DNA of 64,000 nt from IMG/VR virus record IMGVR_UViG_3300028029_000178, positions 412 to 64,411 of that record; one strand, given 5' to 3'. Each line of letters opens with the position of its first letter. Within the stretch, counting starts at the first letter, position 1. Below the pieces are notes generated by a model, which was given only the letters and a program-made list of their open reading frames with translations, ran no database searches and had not been told where the DNA came from. Below, in pieces: positions 8,324-16,678 of this stretch. The DNA comes from a virus. A program made the position numbers and the translations under genes.

Positions 8324-11300
8324 TTGGCTCAAAAATGACCAAAGAAAAGTATTAAGAAGAGGATATTTAGAAAAAGGAGAGACACCAGAAGAACGTTACC
8401 AAACAATATGTGACACTGTACAAAAGTATAGCTCAAAGATAACACCCTTAGATACAAGCAAAATGTTTGGGTATACTACTATAGGAATAAAAGAGAGATT
8501 TGAAGAGTATTTTACAAATAATTGGGTAAGTTTAGCGACTCCAGTTCTAAGTAGTTTTGGTAGAAAGTATAACTTGCCTATTTCCTGCAATCATTCTATT
8601 TTAGAAGATTCTTTAGATAATATATATAAAGGTCTTCATGAAATAGGAATGTTAGCCAAACATGGGGCTGGAACTGCTGTGAATTTTTCTGATTTACGTC
8701 CTATAGGTTCTAAAATATCTACAGGTGGAAAGTCTAATTCTATAATGGATTTTATCGAACTTTACGCTGATATGATGAGCAAAACTGCTCAAAACTGTTA
8801 TAAAGATGATGTAGAAGTACTTACAACTGAGGGATGGCAATTATTTAAGAATTTGACTCCTACTTCTTATGTAGCATCAGTATTAGATAATGACTCTATC
8901 GAATTTGTAATACCTACTGAACATTTTAAATATGATTTTGAAGGAGATTTAATAAACTTTAAAGATTCTAAAAATGTGGATATCTCAGTAACAGATAATC
9001 ATAATATGGTTTTTAAACGTAGAAATAGAGTTAGTGGTACTAAGAGTATTGAAGGTAAATATATTTCTAATGTAAAAGAGATAAAGAATGAGTTTTATCT
9101 CAAAGAAGCTAAAGATGTTCCTACACATAGAGAGATTTTTATGTATAAGGCATCTATGAAAACAGGTAATTCTGTGTTAACTTTTAAAGAAAAACTATTA
9201 ATAGCCTATCAAGCAGATGGTTCTATATCCTCTAAAAACTGTATAAGATTTCATTTCTCTAAACAAAGGAAAATAAGGGAACTAAGGTCTATTTTAAATA
9301 AATTAGATTATAAATTTTCAGAGACTATTACTAAAGAAGGTACAACTAAATTTCATGTAAATTGTAGAGAAGAGTTTTCTAAGTATTTTAATTGGATAGA
9401 CTTAAATATTATTGATAGTAATTGGGGGAAAGAGTTTCTTTTAGAGATTTCTAAATGGGATTCTTCTACAATAAATAATTCTTACAATAGTTTTCAATAT
9501 TTTTCTGTAGAAGAAACTAATATAAATACAGTACAGGCTATTTGTGCTTTAACTGGATATTCGTCTACTAAAACAGTTTCTACACCTACTAATAATATAC
9601 AACCACTTTTTGCTTTGTATATAAGTGAGAAAAGACATTTTGGATTGGAGAAAATGAAACCTACTAAAGAATATTATAAAGGTAGTGTGTATTGTGTAGA
9701 AGTACCATCTAATAAACTGATAGTTAGAAGTAATGGTAGGACTTTAATTTGTGGAAATTCTCAGAGAAGAGGGTTTTTAACTGCATATTTATCATTAGAC
9801 CACCCTGAAATAATGGATTTTTTAGACATTGGAACAGAGGCAATTCCTGTAGAAAAGCAAAGATTTTTTCAAACGATTACAACAGGAGTTATAATTCCTG
9901 ATGGTTGGAGAGAAGAACTAAAAAACGGAGATAGGGCTAAAAGAAAGATTTTTCAAAAAGTTTTAAACACCAGAAAAGAAATTGGATATCCTTATATATT
10001 AGATGAAGAAAATTCTAACAAAGGTATTTGTCAGGCTTACATAGATAAAGGAATGAAAATTAAAGGTAGCAATATTTGTGTTACTCCTGATACTAAAATA
10101 CTTACTGATAAAGGTTATATTGAAATAGGTACTTTAGTTAACAAAACTATTAAAGTGTGGAATGGAGAAGAATTTTCTAAAACTGTTGTTAAAAAAACAG
10201 GAGAAAATCAACCTATTTTAAAAATAACTGTTGACTCAGGACAAAGTATTAAAAATACTTACCAACATCACTATTATAAAATGGTAGAAGAAAGTAATAA
10301 AAAATATATAAGAGTAGCTGCTGAAGATTTAGTTATTGGAGATAGATTGATAAAATTTAATTTACCTGTTATAGAAGGAGTTAAAGAACTATCTTATTCT
10401 TATACCCAAGGATTTTATAGTGGAGATGGTACATGTAATAAAGAAGGTAAAGCCTTGATTTCCTTATATGATAAAAAAATGTTATTAGTAGATAAAATAA
10501 GTGTAAGAAATAAATTTACACAAAAAGGCTTGGCTTCTAAAGAAACAAATATTAAGGCTGTATACTATAGAAAAGAAGGTAATAGAATAGATTGCACTCT
10601 TCCTAAAGATATTAATAAAAATAAACTATTTATTCCAAATACTATTTATAGCATAGAGAGTAGATTAAAATGGTTAGCTGGCTTATTAGATGCAGATGGA
10701 TGTATAGATAAAAATAAAAAAGCACAAGGCATTCAACTAGTTTCTGTCAACAAAGATTTTTTATTAGAATTACAACTAATGTTACAAACATTGGGTTGCA
10801 ATTCCTCTATAAAAAGTTTTAAAGAAGAAGGGAATAAGTTATTACCTAAGAATGATGGAAGTGGAGAATTAGCTGAATTTTTATGTAAAAAAACATATAG
10901 AATGTTAATATCTCCTACTTATGTAACTCATTTATATAAAATTGGATTAACAACATATAGACTCATATACAATAGTATTCCACTTAATAGAAATAGTGAA
11001 CATTTTATAAAAATAAAAAAAATTACAAAAGATAAAAATTCAGATACTTTTTGTTTCACAGAACCTAAGAGAAATATGGGGATGTTTAATGGAATTCTTA
11101 CAGGGCAATGTATTGAAGCAATGGAATACTGTGATTATGAAAAAACATTTGCCTGTTGTTTATCTGCTGTAAACTTGTATTACTTTGATGATTTTAAAGA
11201 CCACCCTTATTTTATTAAGGATATGAATATATTGTTGGATTGTGTTATAGAAGAATACATAGAAAAAGGTAGTAAGTTATCAGGATTAGAAAAAGCTGTT

Positions 11301-12026
11301 AAGTTTGCTAAGGAGCATAGGGCTATAGGGTTAGGAACTACCGCATTCCACAGTTACTTGCAGAAAAATAGTATTGCTTTTGATTCTTTACAGTCTTATC
11401 AAGCTAATTTTAAGATATTCTCTCTGCTTAGAAAAGAATCAGATGAGGCCTCTAAATGGATGGCTGCTAATTGGGGAGAGCCTAAGATTCTTAAAGGGTA
11501 TGGAGAAAGAAATACTAGTAGAATGGCACAGGCACCTAAAAAATCAACTACATTTATAGATGGTGGAATTCATTTAGCTTTATCTGAGGGGATAGAGCCT
11601 CATAAATTTAATTATGGTGAAAAGAAAGTAGCCAAGATCCAGGTAGAGTTTAAAAATAGAGAATTAGAACAGACTCTTATAAAGTATGATAAAAATACTG
11701 AGGAAATTTGGGATAGTATGCTAGATAACAATGGCAGTATTCAACATCTTAATTTTCTATCTGACCATGAGAAAGAAGTGTTTAAAACTTTTTCTGAAAT
11801 CTCCCAAGCTGCTGTTATTAAATTAGCAGGACAGAGACAACAATTTATAGATATGGGGCAATCTATAAACATAATGATTCATCCCGATACATCTGCAAAA
11901 GATATTATAAAATTACACTTAATGGCATTTGATGAGGGATTAAAATCTCTTTATTATCAAAATAGTATCAATGCCTCTCAAATGTTAGCTACCTCTCTTT
12001 TAGAGTGTAGTGCATGTGAAGGATAA
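8310..12026 (+). CDS. nrdA: Ribonucleotide reductase class Ia alpha subunit precursor with two inteins
   Basis: SLATPV, ISCN, GAGTA, spliced GSNI-CIE (thiyl Cys), ACCLSAVNL, AIGLG, AQAPKKST, KSLYY, C-terminal CSAC. Exteins total 573 aa. Confidence 0.95.
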   Translation: MLKLSWLKNDQRKVLRRGYLEKGETPEERYQTICDTVQKYSSKITPLDTSKMFGYTTIGIKERFEEYFTNNWVSLATPVLSSFGRKYNLPISCNHSILEDSLDNIYKGLHEIGMLAKHGAGTAVNFSDLRPIGSKISTGGKSNSIMDFIELYADMMSKTAQNCYKDDVEVLTTEGWQLFKNLTPTSYVASVLDNDSIEFVIPTEHFKYDFEGDLINFKDSKNVDISVTDNHNMVFKRRNRVSGTKSIEGKYISNVKEIKNEFYLKEAKDVPTHREIFMYKASMKTGNSVLTFKEKLLIAYQADGSISSKNCIRFHFSKQRKIRELRSILNKLDYKFSETITKEGTTKFHVNCREEFSKYFNWIDLNIIDSNWGKEFLLEISKWDSSTINNSYNSFQYFSVEETNINTVQAICALTGYSSTKTVSTPTNNIQPLFALYISEKRHFGLEKMKPTKEYYKGSVYCVEVPSNKLIVRSNGRTLICGNSQRRGFLTAYLSLDHPEIMDFLDIGTEAIPVEKQRFFQTITTGVIIPDGWREELKNGDRAKRKIFQKVLNTRKEIGYPYILDEENSNKGICQAYIDKGMKIKGSNICVTPDTKILTDKGYIEIGTLVNKTIKVWNGEEFSKTVVKKTGENQPILKITVDSGQSIKNTYQHHYYKMVEESNKKYIRVAAEDLVIGDRLIKFNLPVIEGVKELSYSYTQGFYSGDGTCNKEGKALISLYDKKMLLVDKISVRNKFTQKGLASKETNIKAVYYRKEGNRIDCTLPKDINKNKLFIPNTIYSIESRLKWLAGLLDADGCIDKNKKAQGIQLVSVNKDFLLELQLMLQTLGCNSSIKSFKEEGNKLLPKNDGSGELAEFLCKKTYRMLISPTYVTHLYKIGLTTYRLIYNSIPLNRNSEHFIKIKKITKDKNSDTFCFTEPKRNMGMFNGILTGQCIEAMEYCDYEKTFACCLSAVNLYYFDDFKDHPYFIKDMNILLDCVIEEYIEKGSKLSGLEKAVKFAKEHRAIGLGTTAFHSYLQKNSIAFDSLQSYQANFKIFSLLRKESDEASKWMAANWGEPKILKGYGERNTSRMAQAPKKSTTFIDGGIHLALSEGIEPHKFNYGEKKVAKIQVEFKNRELEQTLIKYDKNTEEIWDSMLDNNGSIQHLNFLSDHEKEVFKTFSEISQAAVIKLAGQRQQFIDMGQSINIMIHPDTSAKDIIKLHLMAFDEGLKSLYYQNSINASQMLATSLLECSACEG
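8796..9758 (+). mobile_element. Intein 1 of NrdA (321 aa, LAGLIDADG-type)
   Basis: CYKDDVEVLT ... SVTDNH ... AYQADGS ... ISKWDS ... VYCVEVPSNKLIVRSNGRTLICGN; +1 Ser; host site KTAQN|SQRRG. Confidence 0.9.
10077..11108 (+). mobile_element. Intein 2 of NrdA (344 aa, LAGLIDADG, C-terminal Gln)
   Basis: CVTPDTKILT ... GFYSGDG ... WLAGLLDADG ... TFCFTEPKRNMGMFNGILTGQ. The +1 Cys is the catalytic Cys of NxCxE. Confidence 0.92.
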
Positions 12027-12116
12027 CATTGTTTCTTGCTGTATTATTTGTAATAGAGCAAAATCTACTATGGAATACAAAAGTTTGTAGATTGGACTCT
12101 TAAGTTTTGTAAATAA
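12022..12116 (+). pseudogene. C-terminal relic of an HNH endonuclease
   Basis: Reads DNIVSCCIICNRAKSTMEYK, then after a shift in an A run KFVDWTLKFCK*. Resembles the HNH N..CC..CN..K ending. Confidence 0.6.
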
Positions 12117-12134
12117 AAGAGTTAAATGTAAGTT

Positions 12135-12170
12135 AAAAAACCCTCTGGATTAAATTCTAGGGGGTTTTTT
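12135..12170 (+). terminator. Intrinsic terminator after the nrd operon
   Basis: AAAAAACCCTCTGGA pairs with TCTAGGGGGTTTTTT using G-U pairs. Confidence 0.8.
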
Positions 12171-12227
12171 TGTATATTTACAGTATAATTAAAACAGTAT
12201 GGAAAAATTTAACCAAGGTAACACAAT

Positions 12228-13031
12228 ATGGTAAAATACGATTTTAATAAAGGAGATATAGTAGTTTGTATAGTAGAAAATGGATTCGGATCTTGGATAA
12301 AGCAAGGAGAAATTGTTGAGTTGGGGGGACTTTTTTGGACAGAAAGTCTAAATAGAAAAGGTTTAGATAGAAGAGAAGCTATAGCAGCTATTTCTGCTAT
12401 AGATCCAACAGGAAATGCAGGAGAAAGTTCTAGAGGAGATAAAATATTTAGAAAATCCACTGAAAGAGAAAAACTACATTATAAAAGTAAAGGCAAAGGT
12501 GCTAATATAAGCGACTTTATAGTCTACGGAAAGGGTATTACAAACAATGAAAATCACCTTGTAAAAGAAGATTGTTACTTTGTAGAAGATAAATTTTTCT
12601 CTAAAGAAGAAGTTTTAAAAATTTTAAGAAGAGAAGAAAATTTCCCAAAAGAAGGCTGGTGTAAAAATCCATCAAAAGAAGTGTTAAAATATATAGATGC
12701 CCATTTTAATTTTCAAGGAAACATTACTAAGTCAGGAGATAAAGGTGTAGCATGGAATAAAAACAGTGTATGGCCTATTCAAGTAAGTAGCATTTACTTT
12801 TTAGAAGAAAATAGCAAATTAGAAGAGATACTAGAGATAGATTCAAAAGTTCCTCTATGGAAACCGCAAGTTAAATTTTCTGATTTTATGGGGAAACAAA
12901 GTATTGGCAGAAGACTTAGACCTTATTACCCAAGAAGAACAGGCAGTAGTGTGGGTATTAAAAATGAGTATGCACAGCAAGAAGCAGTATTATTAAAAAA
13001 TAGAAAAGTTAGAAAAAAGTTAAAAAATTAG
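12228..13031 (+). CDS. Hypothetical protein
   Basis: 267-aa ORF on the coding strand; no motif recognised. Confidence 0.6.
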   Translation: MVKYDFNKGDIVVCIVENGFGSWIKQGEIVELGGLFWTESLNRKGLDRREAIAAISAIDPTGNAGESSRGDKIFRKSTEREKLHYKSKGKGANISDFIVYGKGITNNENHLVKEDCYFVEDKFFSKEEVLKILRREENFPKEGWCKNPSKEVLKYIDAHFNFQGNITKSGDKGVAWNKNSVWPIQVSSIYFLEENSKLEEILEIDSKVPLWKPQVKFSDFMGKQSIGRRLRPYYPRRTGSSVGIKNEYAQQEAVLLKNRKVRKKLKN

Positions 13032-13051
13032 GGGATTTATAATAAAAAGAC

Positions 13052-13059
13052 TAAATTTG
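13052..13059 (+). promoter_or_regulatory. -7 promoter element
   Basis: TAAATTTG in the gap 32 nt before the ATG at 13092. Confidence 0.45.
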
Positions 13060-13091
13060 TCCTGTTAAGTAATAGTCATAAATAATTAAAT

Positions 13092-13430
13092 ATGGAAGTA
13101 AAATCATTTGTTAAAGAGGTAATCGCAAGATTAGAAGGAGACGACACAAAAGTAGTCGCAGAAAAAAATTACAGATTAGCTAATGCTGCTGTAAAAGGTC
13201 AACTATCTACTTTAGAAGGAGATAAAGTAAAGGCAGAAATAAAAGTAGAAAATGCCGAGGATGAATTGAAAAGATGTAAGTATCCTACAGAGATTATCCA
13301 AGAGGGTTCTAACTACATCCGTAGAATAGCTGCTAATTTTGAAACATTAGAAAGCAGAAAAGAAGATTTAGAACAAATAGAGGATTCTATCAAATTTTAC
13401 ACAGAGCTGTTAAAGGAGATTAACGCCTAA
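13092..13430 (+). CDS. Hypothetical coiled-coil protein
   Basis: 112 aa, charged and helical, with an A-rich start region. Confidence 0.7.
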   Translation: MEVKSFVKEVIARLEGDDTKVVAEKNYRLANAAVKGQLSTLEGDKVKAEIKVENAEDELKRCKYPTEIIQEGSNYIRRIAANFETLESRKEDLEQIEDSIKFYTELLKEINA

Positions 13431-13439
13431 AATACTAAT

Positions 13440-13694
13440 CCTATATACTTACCTTACTAAGGGTGGACAAGGTGGAAGCACTGTATATAGGTAATAAAAG
13501 TCTCCTAAACTATAAAGGGGTGAGGGAATTGGACACATAAAACTAAATTGAAACTCTTGTAGTAGCGTTATTTTAACAAGAGAGCCATAGAAGCATTGTA
13601 AAAACTACTTTGTGGAGGAGAATAGATATTTAGAAGACAAAAAGAGGCCATGGAGACTTTATTTACAATACATGTGGGATGGACAATATATCCC
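13440..13694 (+). ncRNA. Candidate large structured RNA
   Basis: Perfect stems 13440-48/13483-91 (9 bp), 13497-505/13652-60 (9 bp, long range), 13554-60/13576-82 (7 bp), 13676-80/13690-94. G-rich relative to flanks; no ORF in the track. Confidence 0.4.
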
Positions 13695-13708
13695 TGCAAA
13701 TTAATATT

Positions 13709-13822
13709 ATGGAAAATAATTTACAACCACCAGAGGAAAAAGAAAATAATTGCCTATATTGCGGAGAGCCCTGTGATAAGATGTATTGTAGTATAGCACA
13801 CAAAAATGAAGATTTAAATTAA
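13709..13822 (+). CDS. Small zinc-finger-like protein (37 aa, below ORF-track cutoff)
   Basis: MENNLQPPEEKENNCLYCGEPCDKMYCSIAHKNEDLN carries CxxC...CxxxH and ends 4 nt before the next gene. Confidence 0.6.
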   Translation: MENNLQPPEEKENNCLYCGEPCDKMYCSIAHKNEDLN

Positions 13823-13826
13823 AATT

Positions 13827-14024
13827 ATGAACGATATATTTAAAATAATCTTACTAATAATAATATTGCCACTTTTAATGATAGATGTATTTTTCCCTGT
13901 AATAGTATCATTTTATACAGATAATTTTTTATTCTTATTTTTATATATCGTTTGGGGAATACCTATAACTTTAGGGTGGATGCTTACAGTATTTATAACT
14001 AGTATGGTGCTTGAAGATTGGTAA
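13827..14024 (+). CDS. Small membrane protein
   Basis: 65 aa with two hydrophobic helices. Confidence 0.6.
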   Translation: MNDIFKIILLIIILPLLMIDVFFPVIVSFYTDNFLFLFLYIVWGIPITLGWMLTVFITSMVLEDW

Positions 14025-14025
14025 T

Positions 14026-14412
14026 ATGGGATTAGATTATAGCCATACCTGCCCTGAGATAGATAAAGAGATAGAAAATTTTAAAGACTCTATAGACAGT
14101 GTTTTATCTAATATGTTAGATGAGACTAACCCTTTACTAGAGGGCAAACAAAAGCAAGATATTATTGATAATTACGTAGAAGATTTGTACAATAGTATAG
14201 ATGACCCCTTTGAATCTGTAAGAAGATGTAATGAAGATATGCGAACTGAAGCAGACGATCAAATTGAAACTTTAGAGGAAAGAGTAGATGAACTATCCTC
14301 TGAATTAGATGATAGAGTAGATGAGATAGAAGATTTAACAAATAATCTAGGTGTCTCTGAAGAGAGAGTAAGAGAACTAGAGGCAGAAAATTTAGAATTG
14401 TCAAATGAGTAA
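14026..14412 (+). CDS. Acidic coiled-coil hypothetical protein
   Basis: Track ORF 14011..14412; the ATG at 14026 (MGLDYSHTCP) is preferred because it follows the upstream stop. Confidence 0.65.
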   Translation: MGLDYSHTCPEIDKEIENFKDSIDSVLSNMLDETNPLLEGKQKQDIIDNYVEDLYNSIDDPFESVRRCNEDMRTEADDQIETLEERVDELSSELDDRVDEIEDLTNNLGVSEERVRELEAENLELSNE

Positions 14413-14650
14413 TTTTAAAGAGGGAGAAAAAATAGTATGCATTCGTCCAGGAGAAGCTAGTTTAGGTTTAGAGAAGGATAAGTTGTATACTTGTCTTGCC
14501 TCATTCAATAGTAATATGGAAGAGAGTGTAGTAGAGGTTTTGGAAGCAATGCCTCCTGAACCTTACCATGGCTATCAAGCAAGCAGATTTAGGAAAGCTA
14601 TTCCTAAAGATATGAAAAAATTAGAAGAGACAGAAGCACTTACAATATGA
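14405..14650 (+). CDS. Hypothetical protein (SH3/KOW-like small domain)
   Basis: FKEGEKIVCI...GLEKDKLYT pattern; overlaps both neighbours. Confidence 0.6.
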   Translation: MSNFKEGEKIVCIRPGEASLGLEKDKLYTCLASFNSNMEESVVEVLEAMPPEPYHGYQASRFRKAIPKDMKKLEETEALTI

Positions 14651-15570
14651 AAAAAGAACCAAGAATTTTAGTCAATAAAATTATCACGCCAGATGGCACA
14701 GAATTAATATCTCACCATAGGCATGATTATAGAAGTTATGTAGATGAAAGTAGACTGTCTTTTTCTGTGGATGGTGGAAGTTCTTATTTAAGAAGAAGTG
14801 TTGGTTTTGATCCAATTTTTTCTCTATTTACAGACAAAGAAGAAAGACTAATAAAGGAAAAAGAAATTACTTATAATCCCATGTCAGGAAGATTCACAGA
14901 TGCAAAAAGTAATTATAGAGACACTACAATAGGCGCAGATGGTTACAGAACTATTAGTATTGGTGGAAAAACATACAAAGCTCATAGATTAATTTTTTTA
15001 TTGTCAGGGCAGAATATAAGTGAAAAAGAAGTAGACCACATAGACAATATAAGAAGTAATAATACATGGATAAATTTAAGAATTGTATCTAAAAAACAGA
15101 GTCAAGCTAATGCTCTTTTAAGAACTGATAGTTCAACAAAAATAAAAGGGCTTACATTTCATAAGAGTAAAAAACTGTGGGTTGGTAGAGTTCAACATAA
15201 TAAAAAAAGATATGAGGTATCTAGTAAAACTAAAGAGATAGCAATTGAAAAACTTGAAAAATTAAGAATTAGAGTACATGGAATATATGCAAATAGTGGG
15301 CACTCTTCTGTAACTTTTACTGATTTTTACACAGAGGCCTCTTTATATAGTACTTCCCCTTTTGAAGAGATAAGAAAAGGATTACACAGAGGAGACAGAG
15401 GTATTGATGGAACTGAATCTCTATCATATGTATTATTGAAAGATATGTCAAACGAGTGGTTAAAAAATGTAATAATATATGAAAAAGATTTTAGACCAAA
15501 TAATATATATATGGAATACTATTTAAAAGAGATAGAATACAGAATAAAAAATAACATTTATATTAAGTAA
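14647..15570 (+). CDS. Small phage protein (TPDG..SxHRHDY..VDGG..YLRR type) with an in-frame HNH-AP2 insertion
   Basis: aa 1-51 and aa ~224-307 look like two halves of one small protein; aa ~55-218 between them are an HNH and AP2-like segment. Confidence 0.7.
   Translation: MKKEPRILVNKIITPDGTELISHHRHDYRSYVDESRLSFSVDGGSSYLRRSVGFDPIFSLFTDKEERLIKEKEITYNPMSGRFTDAKSNYRDTTIGADGYRTISIGGKTYKAHRLIFLLSGQNISEKEVDHIDNIRSNNTWINLRIVSKKQSQANALLRTDSSTKIKGLTFHKSKKLWVGRVQHNKKRYEVSSKTKEIAIEKLEKLRIRVHGIYANSGHSSVTFTDFYTEASLYSTSPFEEIRKGLHRGDRGIDGTESLSYVLLKDMSNEWLKNVIIYEKDFRPNNIYMEYYLKEIEYRIKNNIYIK
14809..15300 (+). mobile_element. In-frame HNH/AP2 homing endonuclease domain (boundaries approximate)
   Basis: GYRTISIGGKTYKAHRLIF, VDHIDNIRSNNTWINLR, AP2-like SSTKIKGLTFHKSKKLWVGRV, and HG.YAN ending. 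Confidence 0.8.
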
Positions 15571-15573
15571 ATT

Positions 15574-16092
15574 ATGAATAAAACAACAATTGAAAATTAC
15601 CAAGAGAGAGCTTTAAGAACTATGGTTTCATTAGGAAGTAAAGCAATAGACGGAGCTCATATGGCTCTAGGGCTTACAACTGAGTATATAGAGTTAGAAG
15701 ATGGTATAAATAAAGATGACCTACCTAATATAAGAGAGGAACATGGAGATATCCTTTGGTATGTAGCCAATGAGTGCACTATCTATAAATTAAGTTTTAA
15801 AAGTATTTGTAAAAAAGCTATTAATTCAGGTGGAGTGTTTAAACTTGGAGATATAGTAGACTTACACAAAAGAGAACTTGCCTATGGAAAAGAGATAGAT
15901 GCAAATGTATTAGAAGAACTTATAATAGAGGCAGTAGCTTGGTTAATATTTGTTGCAGAGTCCTATAACTTTACATTTGAAAGCAGCTTAGAAAGAAACA
16001 TAGACAAATTAATTCAAAGATTCCCAGATAAATTTACTCAAGAGGCAGCTTTGACTAGGGACTTAGATAAAGAAAGAAAAATACTAGAATAG
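15574..16092 (+). CDS. MazG-like nucleotide pyrophosphohydrolase
   Basis: LGLTTEYIEL...EEHGDILWYVA (ExxE...ExxD) and NIDKLIQRFP. Confidence 0.8.
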   Translation: MNKTTIENYQERALRTMVSLGSKAIDGAHMALGLTTEYIELEDGINKDDLPNIREEHGDILWYVANECTIYKLSFKSICKKAINSGGVFKLGDIVDLHKRELAYGKEIDANVLEELIIEAVAWLIFVAESYNFTFESSLERNIDKLIQRFPDKFTQEAALTRDLDKERKILE

Positions 16093-16093
16093 T

Positions 16094-16675
16094 ATGTATA
16101 TAAATATACAAAATCTTTTTAAGCTTCCCCACCCTAACTCTTTAGCTCTTTTATTAGTTTTAAAACAGGCGGGGGAAAAAGACTTATCTAAGGAAATAAG
16201 TCTCTTAGCTTTGGAAGATATGGACTTACATGCCCTAAAAGAAAATGGGTATATTAAATACATAAAAGGCAAGGCATCTCAAAATGTAAATCAAAAAATG
16301 CGTCTAGATAAAAAAGGAACTAAATTTCTTAATGACTTAGATACCCCTGAAGTTTTAGAGGAGGATAAAAAGATTTTTGACTGGTTAGCAGAGATGTATA
16401 AAGGCCAAGATAAAATAGTAGGAAATGGTAAAGCAACTCAAAGACACATAGCCTCATTTAGAGAGAAAACTGGAATTGAAAAGAATTGTTTAGCTTTTTT
16501 ATGTGATGCATTTATTAAAGATGACGAAGAGCAAGAGTGGAGTTTTAAACTGGAATTTGTATTCTGGAAACCTACTAATATGTTTCAAACTAAATTTAAC
16601 TTAGAACAAAGCAGATTGTACCAATACTATTTAAAAAGACAAGACTACTTTGAAGAACAATTTAAAACATTATAA
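16094..16675 (+). CDS. Hypothetical protein (possible winged-helix replication factor)
   Basis: 193-aa ORF in the replication cluster; function inferred only from position. Confidence 0.55.
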   Translation: MYINIQNLFKLPHPNSLALLLVLKQAGEKDLSKEISLLALEDMDLHALKENGYIKYIKGKASQNVNQKMRLDKKGTKFLNDLDTPEVLEEDKKIFDWLAEMYKGQDKIVGNGKATQRHIASFREKTGIEKNCLAFLCDAFIKDDEEQEWSFKLEFVFWKPTNMFQTKFNLEQSRLYQYYLKRQDYFEEQFKTL

Positions 16676-16678
16676 ATT

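Noticed and set aside
13440-13694. Retron msr-msd or group I/II intron
   Set aside because: The long-range inverted repeat is suggestive, but no reverse transcriptase is in the window and no intron core or interrupted gene is present.
14809-15300. Intein or group I intron explanation for the HNH insertion
   Set aside because: No intein terminal residues or Hint blocks, and no non-coding space for a ribozyme core.
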